64,000 nucleotides of DNA from Nostoc sp. DedSLP01. GTDB lineage: Bacteria; Cyanobacteriota; Cyanobacteriia; Cyanobacteriales; Nostocaceae. A model generated the notes under the pieces. The model was not told where the DNA came from. It ran no database searches and saw nothing but the letters and a program-made list of their open reading frames with translations. Position 1 is the first letter of the stretch. Each line of letters begins with the position of its first letter. The stretch lies in NCBI GenBank assembly GCA_034530875.2, contig JAVRCJ020000003.1:96001-160000 (forward strand), written 5' to 3'. The translations under genes were made by a program, and so were the position numbers. Shown in pieces: positions 51,514-61,586 of this stretch.

Positions 51514-51605
51514 TACAGCTTCAGGTAAATGAAGTACACAAGTAAGGGCGCATAGCTATGCACCCCTACGATTATCTGTACCTAACCAAGCTGCAATGTG
51601 CTGCA
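51514..51605. mobile_element. Degenerate composite repeat: MITE-like ends around a REP palindrome
   Basis: TACAGC...GTACA, then GTAAGGGCGCATAGCTATGCACCCCTAC, then TGTAC...GCTGCA. Confidence 0.45.
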
Positions 51606-52104
51606 ATTTTAGATAATTGATTTTCTGGTATTTTTTTCATTGCTACAGAAAACTGGCTGAAAAATTAAAAATTTTTTTTATATGAATTCAAGCATAGTTG
51701 AGAAAATAAACTTATTGTCAAAAACAGGTAACAACAAACTTTTAAGCCTGTTGCTCATTTGCTGTTTTCTGCTATACCAGTAATACAAATTCAAAATTCA
51801 CGCATTAAAAATTCAGACAGGATAAGAGTTTAGGACTGTGTATCTGTCCTATTCTTTTTTCAAATTGGTATAACTTTTCAGCGTCAAAAAAATAAGCCAA
51901 TGATGAATTAGAAAAATAGGTTGCAGACAAAAACTCTGTAAAAATTAGAATTCTGCCGTACAACGCTATTGAGAGCAAAGTAGAGGTCTGGAGAAAAAAG
52001 ATTTTCAGTAGAAGCCGTGCCCCTTATGGGCACAATCTTCTGGAGTAGAGCTGGTTGATGCTCCTGTGCTAGTGTCCTAGACCTCTGACTTTTTCTGACT
52101 ACTA

Positions 52105-53526
52105 TTAAATTTCGTATGCTCCTCTATCGGGTTTTGAACCCTTGGCACGAGAGCTGCCTGCAAAATCGCTTGTCACAGGATCAAACCTCATACCACTATT
52201 GATTGCTGGACTCGACGATCTGAGCCTAAAATTACTTCCGGCATTAACAAACTGTGGATCTGCCACAATATCATTTGGCCCTTTACCACTTGCACCTAAC
52301 AGGGTGTTGTACAGGTTGTAGTTAAAAACAGTGTTGGAATTTTTTCGGCTATTCATGTATATCTGTTGGCCACTTTGAGAAACCAGAATGTTATTGAGAA
52401 CTCTGACATTACTGGTATTATTCATCGAGATTTGACCGTATTCAATTTCTGGAGTTTGGCTATTGTAATAGGAAGTGTTGTGGATAATGTCGATGTTATT
52501 ACTTTTGAATGCATGAATCCCGCCACCACCATTTCGATATACAAGGTTGTTAGCAATCAAAGTACGGCCTCGATATCCAGTTTCAGCTAAGCGATCGAGA
52601 ATTATTCCATTACCGTCTTGCTTCTTCCCAGTATTAATCCAAGGAACGAGCATCTTATTGTTGTATACTCTGTTTCTCGTGATAAACATTCTATAGCCCT
52701 GGTTACCGTCATAGCTCCAGTTCTTGAGGAACGAAATGCCACTACCACCGAAGGGTGAATACCAGGCATTATTGTATACATCATTGCCATCTACTGTTAC
52801 ATAATCTGTCTGAATTCCGATAATGCCTCCTCCTCCACAGTCACGTATCTCGTTGTTAAGAATACGTATATGATGAGGATGGCGTTTCGATCGCCCATCT
52901 ATAGTGAGGCAGTTTCCACTGGTTCGTGCGTTTGAGACGTTATACCTTTGGCTCATGGCATAGCCAAGACTGATTCTCTCATTGTTACCTTCAATTTCTA
53001 TGCCCTTGACCTCGATATACGAAGCTCCATCTTTAATCCAAACTCCATGCCATCCATCGAACTCAATTTTCGGGGAATGTCCAGGATAGGCTTTATATGC
53101 GATCCATCCATTTGATGAACCAGAGCGTGTAATCGTTAATACTGCTCCTGAGTTTGAATTCTTGTATACTCCGTTCATCAGGAGTACTGTATCCCCAGGT
53201 TTGGTAAGGTTTGCCGCCCTTTGAGGCGTTCTAAACGCAGATGAGGGACTAAGCCCGCTATTTCTGTCGTTTCCACTGCCACTCACATAAAATGTTGTCC
53301 CTCCAATAGCACTGATTAAGGTGCGTTTGGGTAATTTCTTTTCTTGAACGGTAGATAATTGACGGTCGTCTGTAAATGATGATTGACGAACGTTTGTAAC
53401 TGATGATTGACGAATACCTGTAACTAAAGACTCTGTTATTTTCTGACCTTGAACCACACCAACTAGTGCCCAGGGGAGTACAACAGATGCACTCAAACTG
53501 AGAAAACCCAAACCATGAATCATCAT
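52105..53526 (-). CDS. Secreted right-handed beta-helix (pectin lyase-like) protein
   Basis: Hydrophobic N-terminus, FYVSGSGND...AFRTPQRAA...PGDTV, repeated I.NN..Y.N rungs and C-terminal DRGAYE. Confidence 0.82.
   Translation of the reverse strand: MMIHGLGFLSLSASVVLPWALVGVVQGQKITESLVTGIRQSSVTNVRQSSFTDDRQLSTVQEKKLPKRTLISAIGGTTFYVSGSGNDRNSGLSPSSAFRTPQRAANLTKPGDTVLLMNGVYKNSNSGAVLTITRSGSSNGWIAYKAYPGHSPKIEFDGWHGVWIKDGASYIEVKGIEIEGNNERISLGYAMSQRYNVSNARTSGNCLTIDGRSKRHPHHIRILNNEIRDCGGGGIIGIQTDYVTVDGNDVYNNAWYSPFGGSGISFLKNWSYDGNQGYRMFITRNRVYNNKMLVPWINTGKKQDGNGIILDRLAETGYRGRTLIANNLVYRNGGGGIHAFKSNNIDIIHNTSYYNSQTPEIEYGQISMNNTSNVRVLNNILVSQSGQQIYMNSRKNSNTVFNYNLYNTLLGASGKGPNDIVADPQFVNAGSNFRLRSSSPAINSGMRFDPVTSDFAGSSRAKGSKPDRGAYEI
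53353..53424. repeat. Three 24-nt in-frame tandem repeats within the beta-helix gene
   Basis: Units such as TGATGATTGACGAACGTTTGTAAC, encoding VTGIRQSS / VTNVRQSS / FTDDRQLS. Confidence 0.8.
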
Positions 53527-53929
53527 AGGAAAAAAAGGTTATGTTGCAAAAACTGAACTGTTAACGGTTACTAACTCTAGCCTTAGTAAGTAACTCAGCG
53601 AGCGATACGGTAGTGTAACTGCCGTTTGTAAGTTTATACACGGTTTTTTAGGTTTGCACCTGCGAATTTCCGCGTAAATATTTTGGAAATGCTTTTTGAG
53701 AGTGTGTTCCAAAAATTGGGAAAATTATAGTAAAAATACTGAGAAAAAATCAGAAGTAACCATAATTACCCTCTTAATGAACACTAAGCATCCGTACAAA
53801 TGGCGTCTTTCTTAATTCGACATCATTCTACTGTGTATATGCGGGATCTGTAGTTGAGATAGTGTATCTCTCATCAATGAGTTAATTTACTTAAATAATA
53901 CTTATAATAATGAGAATCACCAGATGTCT

Positions 53930-53967
53930 AAAAACAAGGCGGAGACGAGTTTATCTCGCCTCCGCTT
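53930..53967 (-). terminator. Intrinsic terminator downstream of wza
   Basis: On the minus strand, GCGGAGGCGAG-N5-CTCGTCTCCGC followed by CTTGTTTTT. Confidence 0.65.
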
Positions 53968-54147
53968 CCAAAATATTCTCATTATCATCAGAATTCAGAG
54001 TAACTACAATAGGCTTTCAAACAGCCTATCGATGCAGATTGAGAATTTTTCAGTAAAAGTTCTAGATTTTACAGTATTTGTCAATTATCTAAATTTTGGG
54101 GATCGGTAAGATTGACCAACGTCCCCAATTTAAATCTGAATCTTCAA

Positions 54148-55638
54148 CTAAAGTCCGAACACCCTTAAAATACTGAAGATAACACCTAGAGGCCCAGCGA
54201 CAAGACCTGCGCTATCACCGATTTTTGCTCCGCCGGAGCGGCCGACTACTACAACATCATTATTCCGGAGTATGGGATTAGTTTGCTCGTTAATTCCAGC
54301 AGAGAAATCCACTTTTACTACACGTTTAGTAACGGAACCATTAGGATTGAGACGAATCAAATCAACAGCATCGTCACTAGCTCTGGCATCGTTAAATCCG
54401 CCAGCAGCAAGTATAGCTTGATTTAAAGAGCTATTCGGCTGAATTTGTGTTAATCCTGGCTTTTTAACTTCCCCAACTACACCAACTTGGATGCTTGCGG
54501 GAGACAAAGTAGTTGTAGCTAGTTGAGTAGCTTCTGCCGGGTTGATTTCAGTTGCCGTTGGGATAACAATTGTATCCCCATCTTGGACGATGATATCTTG
54601 ATTGGCATCACCACTCTGCAACAATTGCCAAAGATTGATATCTATAGCTTGTTCGGAACCAGTTCTTGTAAGTCGGCGTAACTTGAGATTACGAATATCT
54701 GCTTGTGCTGTAATTCCCCCAGCTAGTTGAATTACGCGAGTCACATTTGGTAGACCAGTAGGAGTGGCAGTACCACTGTTAGCGTTTGCACCTGCCTGTT
54801 CGTTGACGCTACCTGGGGTGACTAGATACGAACCGGGACGGTTAACTTCACCAATAATTGTGACTGTACGGGGTGTGGTTTGACTGGCGGCAAAGTTAGC
54901 TGCAAATAAATTGCGAGATTCTGCTATGTCAAACTGATTTGCAGTTGGTACAACTATAGTGTCTCCATCCCGCAAAGTAATATCTTGTGATAATGTGCCT
55001 TTTTGGATGAGGTCTTTCAAGTTGAGCGTGACAACTTGCTCTGAAGAACGTATTTTACGCCGTAATTGAACTTGAGTCACATCCGCAGCCAGTGTGACTC
55101 CTTGAGCTGTTGTCAATGCGGCTAATACAGTGGGATATTGTACCCCTGGATTATCTCCAGCTCCTCCGCTTAAGCTCAGAGTATAAGCTCCGGGACGTGT
55201 TACCTCTCCCGCAACGAAAATATTGATGGGACGAGGGGATAATAAATTAACTGAAATTAGGGGACGCTTGAGATAGGTAGAGTATTTACAGGCAATTAAA
55301 TCAGCAGCTTGTTCGGTTGTTAGACCTTGAACGCGTACACTGCCAATTAAAGGTAAGTTGATTGCTCCACCCGGGGGAATTTGATATTCACCTGTGTACT
55401 CTGGAACTTCAAATACATTTACACGAATGCGATCGCCGCCTCCTAAGGTGTAATTTGAAGTATCGTTTGCCTGTTGTTGTGTAGTGTTGCGTAAGGCTTG
55501 TGATACGCATCTTTCATCGCTTGATGACTGAGCCTTAACCGCAGGTAGATAAGCTGAGAATGCTGCTATAACTAGCATCAGACCCACAACTGGTTGAGCA
55601 AGAAATTTAAACAAACTTGTGTTAGGCATATTTCGCAC
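54148..55638 (-). CDS. wza: Wza-like polysaccharide export protein with SLBB domains (All4388-like by position)
   Basis: Signal peptide, YTLGGGDRI, LPLIGSV and three SLBB repeats (GEV.RPG, L.DGD.I.VP). Confidence 0.9.
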   Translation of the reverse strand: MRNMPNTSLFKFLAQPVVGLMLVIAAFSAYLPAVKAQSSSDERCVSQALRNTTQQQANDTSNYTLGGGDRIRVNVFEVPEYTGEYQIPPGGAINLPLIGSVRVQGLTTEQAADLIACKYSTYLKRPLISVNLLSPRPINIFVAGEVTRPGAYTLSLSGGAGDNPGVQYPTVLAALTTAQGVTLAADVTQVQLRRKIRSSEQVVTLNLKDLIQKGTLSQDITLRDGDTIVVPTANQFDIAESRNLFAANFAASQTTPRTVTIIGEVNRPGSYLVTPGSVNEQAGANANSGTATPTGLPNVTRVIQLAGGITAQADIRNLKLRRLTRTGSEQAIDINLWQLLQSGDANQDIIVQDGDTIVIPTATEINPAEATQLATTTLSPASIQVGVVGEVKKPGLTQIQPNSSLNQAILAAGGFNDARASDDAVDLIRLNPNGSVTKRVVKVDFSAGINEQTNPILRNNDVVVVGRSGGAKIGDSAGLVAGPLGVIFSILRVFGL

Positions 55639-56034
55639 AGATTCTGAAATTATGATTAATAAAATAGTGTCTAAACATTTTTATTTTGACTATACCTAAG
55701 TATTCAAGTTCCCCAACAATATTATTTTCCTAGAAAAGTGTCATTTACCGGAGAAAATTTATTTGGGGAATTTGAATTTTTAGTAAAGTTAATTTAAAGT
55801 TAGCAGAATTTCCGTATCACAATTATCAAAAATTTCAGACGGAGGTTAATTAAAGTTTTTTATACAATAAGTTGTCTTTTATCTAATGAGGCGATCGCTA
55901 GCAGAGTTTTTGAATAAAGTTAATTTAATGACACTTAATTTTTAATTGAAAATTTGCAACCAGTTACAACTTGTTGCCAAAATTAAAATCGGCAATATTG
56001 ACTTTTACGGCAGAGAATTATTTGGCGATCGCAA

Positions 56035-57018
56035 TTAATTAAGCGAATTATTTTTTGTCTGAATTTGCTCGATAAAAAACTCTTCTAGGGACTGACGAGA
56101 TAAATTCATGGCAATAATTTTACCCTCCATCAGACGAAGGCTAGCGAGAAAATCATAATAACCATCTTGTAGTGTACCTTGCCAGGAACCATCAGACTCA
56201 AATCTCAAATTAGGTAGCCATTTTTTAAGAATTTCCTCATCACCACCTTGACCTTTGACATGATATGTGTTGTTTATACCTAAAAGTTCGTTGAGGGAAC
56301 CAGAGCAAATTAATTCACCTTGAGCGAGGATGGCAATGCGATCGCAAATTTGTTCTACTTCACTGAGGATGTGGCTGTTGAAAAAAATCGTCTTGCCAGC
56401 GGCTTTTAAGGATAAAATTATTTCCCGCATTTGATAGCGTCCCACCGGATCGAGTCCAGACATCGGTTCATCGAGAAAAACCAATTCTGGTTCGTTAATT
56501 AGTGCCTGTGCCATACCGACACGCTGTAACATTCCTTTGGAGTAGCGACGCAGCAGCTTTTTGCGGGCATCGCCTTGGGATAAACCGACTAATTCCAGCA
56601 GTTGGGGAATGCGTCGACGTTGTACGCTCTGAGGAATTTGGAATAGTCCGGCTGCTAACTGTAAAAACTCCCAGCCAGTCAGATAGTCATACAAATAAGG
56701 ATTTTCCGGTAAGTAGCCGATGTCTTGCTTGACATTGCGATCGCCAATTGGCTTACCTAACAATAATCCTCGTCCGCTAGTCGGACGAATAATCCCCAAC
56801 AACAGTTTTAAAAGGGTGGTTTTACCGGCACCATTTGGCCCCAGCAAACCAAAGGTTTCGCCTTTATAAACTTTTAAAGAACAGCTTTTAAGAGATACGA
56901 CTTTTTGATTTAGCCAAAAACCAGTACGATAAACTTTTCGCAACTCAGAAGTTACGACTACTGGCAAAGTGTTTGTCGTATTCACTTGAGAATCAGGGTC
57001 ATCTACAACAGACTTCAT
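56035..57018 (-). CDS. ABC transporter ATP-binding protein
   Basis: GPNGAGKTT, YSKGMLQR, LDEPMSGLDP and NSH; start set at MKSVVD. Confidence 0.9.
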   Translation of the reverse strand: MKSVVDDPDSQVNTTNTLPVVVTSELRKVYRTGFWLNQKVVSLKSCSLKVYKGETFGLLGPNGAGKTTLLKLLLGIIRPTSGRGLLLGKPIGDRNVKQDIGYLPENPYLYDYLTGWEFLQLAAGLFQIPQSVQRRRIPQLLELVGLSQGDARKKLLRRYSKGMLQRVGMAQALINEPELVFLDEPMSGLDPVGRYQMREIILSLKAAGKTIFFNSHILSEVEQICDRIAILAQGELICSGSLNELLGINNTYHVKGQGGDEEILKKWLPNLRFESDGSWQGTLQDGYYDFLASLRLMEGKIIAMNLSRQSLEEFFIEQIQTKNNSLN

Positions 57019-57196
57019 CTTGGTTAGATCGCTAATTAGCAACTTGTTATTTACTACAAGTTACCCACTAGGCTGATAAGAATCACCATCAAGTCTGAGA
57101 ATTATCGCAAACAGTGCTGAGTAATGATTGAGGAGTTAGGAGTTAGGAGTTAGTATTCTCTTTTCTGCTCCTGTGCCCCTCTGCCCTTAAAACTTC

Positions 57197-57838
57197 TTAC
57201 AAGACGCCCTTAGAACTAGGAATCACACCAGCACGGCGGGGGTCGATTTCCACTGCTAGGCGTGTTGCTCTGGCAAAGGCCTTAAATGTCGCCTCAATAA
57301 TGTGATGGGAATTAATGCCATCCAGTTGCCGAATGTGGAGTGTCATTTGGCTATGGTTGACTAATGCCACAAAGAATTCGCGCACTAGCTGGGTGTCATA
57401 GGTTCCTACACGCTGGGTAGGAATTTGTAACCCATAGCTGAGGTGAGGACGTCCAGAAAAGTCGAGCGCCACTTGAACTAAAGCTTCATCCAATGGAGCA
57501 AGGAAATTACCAAAGCGGACAATGCCTTTCCTATCGCCTAGTGCTTGGTTGAAAGCTTGCCCTAAGGTAATGCCTACATCTTCATTGGTGTGGTGGTCGT
57601 CAATTTCCCAGTCTCCCTTAGCTTGAATATCTAGGTCAATCAAACCGTGAGAGGCTATTTGATGCAACATGTGATCCAAAAACGGAACGCCTGTTGCTGC
57701 CGTGCATTTTCCTGTGCCATCAAGGTTGATGCTAACTTGGACATCAGTTTCCCCTGTGGTGCGATGAACGCTAGCAGTGCGAGGGGTTTTAGTCAACTGC
57801 TCGTAGTTGGAATTGACTTGGCGATTGGTGGTTTGCAT
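57197..57838 (-). CDS. hisB: Imidazoleglycerol-phosphate dehydratase
   Basis: [29 protein letters not shown] and PSSKG. Confidence 0.96.
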   Translation of the reverse strand: MQTTNRQVNSNYEQLTKTPRTASVHRTTGETDVQVSINLDGTGKCTAATGVPFLDHMLHQIASHGLIDLDIQAKGDWEIDDHHTNEDVGITLGQAFNQALGDRKGIVRFGNFLAPLDEALVQVALDFSGRPHLSYGLQIPTQRVGTYDTQLVREFFVALVNHSQMTLHIRQLDGINSHHIIEATFKAFARATRLAVEIDPRRAGVIPSSKGVL

Positions 57839-57856
57839 AGGGAAGAGATTAGAAGT

Positions 57857-57911
57857 GAGGAGTGAGGAGTTAGGAGTAATGAATTCTTAACTCCTAACTC
57901 ATAACTCATAA
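57857..57911. repeat. Complementary heptamer tracts (GAGGAGT / TAACTCC)
   Basis: Tandem units forming an inverted pair between fabI and hisB. Confidence 0.7.
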
Positions 57912-57921
57912 CTTTATCGCG

Positions 57922-58698
57922 TCACATTCCCATAATTTCATATCCGGCATCTACATACAGAACTTGTCCGGTGATGCCGCTGGATAAATCACTGCATAAA
58001 AAAGCCGCAGTGTTGCCCACTTCCATCTGAGTGACAGTCCGTCGTAGGGGAGCGACTTGCTCCACATGATGAATCATATCTAATATTCCACCCACCGCTG
58101 AAGATGCCAAAGTCCGGATGGGGCCTGCGGAGATGGCATTGACGCGGATATTTTGCGGCCCTAGTTCAGCAGCTAGGTAACGCACGCTCATTTCTAAACC
58201 CGCTTTGGCAACTCCCATGACGTTATAGTTAGGAACTGCCCTGACGCCGCCTAAATATGTCAGGGTGACAATACTACCTCCCTCTGTCATTAAGGGTTTA
58301 GCTGCACCGCTTAGTTGCACTAGCGAATAAGTACTAATCTCTAGGGCAGTTTTAAAGCCAGAACGAGAAGTTTGGCTAAAATCTCCTGTCAAATCTTCTT
58401 TGTTGGCAAAGGCAAGACAATGAATGAGGATGTCTAGCTTTCCCCACTTATCGCGTACTGTCTCAAAGGTAGATTGAATTTGTTCGTCGTTTTGGACATT
58501 ACAGGGAAGAAATAAGCTGGGGTTGAGGGGTTGTACTAATTCGGCAACTTTTGTCTCCATTTTGCCGCGTTCATCCGGTAAGTAAGTAATTCCCAGATTA
58601 GCTCCTGCTTTGTGCAGTTGTTGAGCGATACCCCAAGCTATGGAACGGTTATTGGCAATACCTGTAACCAGAGCATTTTTTCCAGTCAAATTCAGCAT
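57922..58698 (-). CDS. fabI: Enoyl-ACP reductase
   Basis: GIANNRSIAWG, YNVMGVAK and SAGPIRTLA. Confidence 0.96.
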   Translation of the reverse strand: MLNLTGKNALVTGIANNRSIAWGIAQQLHKAGANLGITYLPDERGKMETKVAELVQPLNPSLFLPCNVQNDEQIQSTFETVRDKWGKLDILIHCLAFANKEDLTGDFSQTSRSGFKTALEISTYSLVQLSGAAKPLMTEGGSIVTLTYLGGVRAVPNYNVMGVAKAGLEMSVRYLAAELGPQNIRVNAISAGPIRTLASSAVGGILDMIHHVEQVAPLRRTVTQMEVGNTAAFLCSDLSSGITGQVLYVDAGYEIMGM

Positions 58699-58936
58699 AG
58701 AAATTGTTAATGCGATCGATGATTAGGAGCATACTAGAATCTGAGGCACGTTTTGTCTTTGTTTTACACAGTATTTGCAAAAATGAATATTGGTAGGGGC
58801 GTTTCGTGTCGAAAAATTCTTGATTCTTTCTAAAGATATTCTCAATTTATCTTTATTTGTTCTTCAAAAACGCTTTTTAATACAGCGACTTGGAACTGTT
58901 TATCAACAATTTCTAGCTCAAGAGATCGACAATTAT

Positions 58937-58990
58937 GTATCATTATAAACAATGAGTTAAGAAGCAATTAGTTGGAGTATAGGAAAGTAC
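58937..58990 (+). promoter_or_regulatory. Two NtcA-binding sites in the ntcA promoter (autoregulation)
   Basis: GTATCATTATAAAC (58937-58950, imperfect) and GTATAGGAAAGTAC (58977-58990, perfect GTA-N8-TAC), 40 bp apart. Confidence 0.8.
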
Positions 58991-59078
58991 AGAAAGATTG
59001 ACGGTGCTTTATTGAATTTTCAGGTGTATTCTTAGGTAATTAGTTTTTGTTTTTCCGGCATTGGGTAGGGGAAGGGAG

Positions 59079-59750
59079 ATGATCGTGACACAAGATAAAG
59101 CCCTAGCAAATGTTTTTCGTCAGATGGCGACCGGGGCGTTTCCGCCAGTTGTGGAAACGTTTGAACGCAATAAAACGATCTTTTTTCCTGGCGATCCTGC
59201 CGAACGAGTTTATTTTCTTTTAAAAGGTGCTGTGAAACTTTCCAGGGTGTACGAGGCAGGAGAGGAAATAACGGTAGCACTGCTGCGAGAAAATAGTGTT
59301 TTTGGTGTATTGTCATTGCTGACAGGAAATAAATCCGATAGGTTTTACCATGCGGTTGCATTTACGCCTGCGGAATTACTGTCAGCGCCAATCGAACAAG
59401 TTGAGCAAGCACTCAAGGAAAATCCAGAATTATCAATGTTAATGCTGCGGGGTCTGTCTTCGCGAATCTTACAGACAGAGATGATGATTGAAACTCTTGC
59501 TCACCGAGATATGGGTTCCAGGTTGGTGAGTTTTTTATTAATTCTTTGTCGTGATTTTGGAGTTCCCTGTGCAGATGGGATCACAATTGATTTGAAGTTG
59601 TCTCATCAAGCGATCGCTGAGGCAATCGGTTCGACTCGTGTTACAGTTACTAGGCTACTAGGCGACTTGCGTGAAAAAAAGATGATTTCTATTCACAAGA
59701 AGAAGATTACTGTGCATAAACCCGTGACTTTAAGTCGCCAGTTCACATAA
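59079..59750 (+). CDS. ntcA: Global nitrogen regulator NtcA (CRP family)
   Basis: [23 protein letters not shown] and [24 protein letters not shown]. Confidence 0.98.
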   Translation: MIVTQDKALANVFRQMATGAFPPVVETFERNKTIFFPGDPAERVYFLLKGAVKLSRVYEAGEEITVALLRENSVFGVLSLLTGNKSDRFYHAVAFTPAELLSAPIEQVEQALKENPELSMLMLRGLSSRILQTEMMIETLAHRDMGSRLVSFLLILCRDFGVPCADGITIDLKLSHQAIAEAIGSTRVTVTRLLGDLREKKMISIHKKKITVHKPVTLSRQFT

Positions 59751-59917
59751 AAAGAATTGGAGAAAGGGAGTCGGCGCGTGCTGTGTTTTCAAAGATCGCA
59801 CTAATAGCTAAAGGAAAATCTAAAATTGAGTAATGGAAGCTATTGCCAAACTCCACTTCTCCACAGACAATGGCTAAAAGTAGTAGGCTGTATCTGGAAG
59901 GATTTCGGTAGCTAAAC

Positions 59918-61408
59918 ATGACCACCGGATACATCCTCATCGCAGCAATTTTAATTCTGGGAGGCGTAATTGCAACCGTGGGCGATCGCATCGGCACGCG
60001 AGTTGGCAAAGCCCGCCTCTCACTCTTTAACCTCCGCCCGAAAAATACTGCCGTACTGGTAACTATATTTACTGGTGGTTTGATTTCAGCATCAACTTTA
60101 GGGATTTTATTCGCTGCTGACGATAAATTGCGGCAGGGAGTTTTTGAATTAGAAGATATTCAAACAGACCTCAGGCAAAAGCGGGAACAGCTAAAAACGG
60201 CAGAAACCCAGAAAAGTCAGGTAGAGAGCGAGTTAAATCAAGCCAGGGTTGCCCAAGCAAAGGCACAGCAAGACTTGCAAGCAATTAATCAATCATTGCA
60301 GGCGGTAAATGCCAAGCAAAGGCAAACCCAAGCCCAGCTCAACCGCACCATTCAGCAGCAAGCTCAAACGCAAAGTCAACTCCAACGCACTCAAGGACAA
60401 CTAGATCGAGTTGTCAGCCAGTACCAAAAAGCCATAGCCGAACTGCAAAGCGTTTACAATCAGCGAAAGGAACTACAGGCGGCAGTTGAAATACTCAAAA
60501 CCGAACGTCAACGGCTGTATGCTGAGGCCAAAAGAGCGATTGACGAAGCCAAAGCAGCCATCGTAAAACGCGATCGCGAACTTGCCAACCGCCAAGAAGC
60601 CATAGAAGCACGCGATCGCAAAATTGCCCAACTCGACAAACTGATTCAAAAGCGTAATTTAGAAATTACAGCTAGAGAGCAAGTGATTGCCAAACGAGAA
60701 TCTCGCCTCAAAGAATTGGAAGCACAACAGGAGGAATTAGAACAGGAAGTTGCCAGGCTGGAAAAATATTATCAGTCCTACCAAGACTTACGTTTGGGTA
60801 AACTGGCGTTAGTTCGCGGTCAAGTCCTGGCCGCTGCTGTAGTTCGCGTTACCCAAGCGGCTGCGGCTCGTCAGGCGGTAGTACAACTTTTACAACAAGC
60901 CAACCGCAACGCTAACTTGGAATTAAGCGAACCTGGTGCGACTTCTCCCAATGTAGAGCTTGTGCGCGTGACTCAAGAAAGAGTCGAGCAATTGAGCAAG
61001 CAAATTGAGGATGGCCGAGAATACGTCATCCGAATTTTCTCAGCGGGTAATTATGTCAGGGGAGAAAAGCAAATAGAATTTTTTACTGATATAGCCCGCA
61101 ATGAATTGGTTTTTTCTCAAGGAACGCAGTTAGCTACAACTACTGCCGATCCTACAAACATGACATCCTATCAGTTACAACAGCGATTAGAAATATTGAT
61201 TTCTGCTTCCCAATTTCGCGCTCGTAACGCCGGAATTGTGGAAAATGTGCAAGTAGACGGCACTTTTCTGCGTTTTGTCGCCCAATTAAGACAGTACAAT
61301 CAACCATTGGAAATCAAAGCGATCGCCGCGGAGGACACTTATACAGCCGGGCCATTAAGAGTCAAGTTAGTAGCAATAGTCAACGGACAAATTATTTTTA
61401 GTACGTGA
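59918..61408 (+). CDS. DUF3084 domain membrane-anchored coiled-coil protein
   Basis: GGVIATVGDRIG...LFNLRPK.TA followed by a long Q/E/K coiled coil. Confidence 0.82.
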   Translation: MTTGYILIAAILILGGVIATVGDRIGTRVGKARLSLFNLRPKNTAVLVTIFTGGLISASTLGILFAADDKLRQGVFELEDIQTDLRQKREQLKTAETQKSQVESELNQARVAQAKAQQDLQAINQSLQAVNAKQRQTQAQLNRTIQQQAQTQSQLQRTQGQLDRVVSQYQKAIAELQSVYNQRKELQAAVEILKTERQRLYAEAKRAIDEAKAAIVKRDRELANRQEAIEARDRKIAQLDKLIQKRNLEITAREQVIAKRESRLKELEAQQEELEQEVARLEKYYQSYQDLRLGKLALVRGQVLAAAVVRVTQAAAARQAVVQLLQQANRNANLELSEPGATSPNVELVRVTQERVEQLSKQIEDGREYVIRIFSAGNYVRGEKQIEFFTDIARNELVFSQGTQLATTTADPTNMTSYQLQQRLEILISASQFRARNAGIVENVQVDGTFLRFVAQLRQYNQPLEIKAIAAEDTYTAGPLRVKLVAIVNGQIIFST

Positions 61409-61586
61409 AGTCAGAATTCTCCAATTCAGAATTCAGAATACAATTAGTGGGAGCTTCACCAGAAAGCCACCAGTGGCGGCTGACACCGTAGACGCTAGGA
61501 GGGCAGCTTGCTATAAGCAGCATAACTTTCCAACACAGTATTTATGGGGTCATTAATTTTGAATTTTGAATTCGGAGCGAAGCGAC

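Noticed and set aside
51773..51872. TATACCA...TGGTATA-bounded 100-bp segment, possible MITE
   Set aside because: Only 7-bp matching ends and no second copy in the window; cannot be supported without a genome search.
53907..53985. ATAATGAGAAT / ATTCTCATTAT inverted pair resembling Fur half-sites
   Set aside because: The halves are 57 nt apart and enclose the wza terminator, so they are more simply an extension of that RNA stem.
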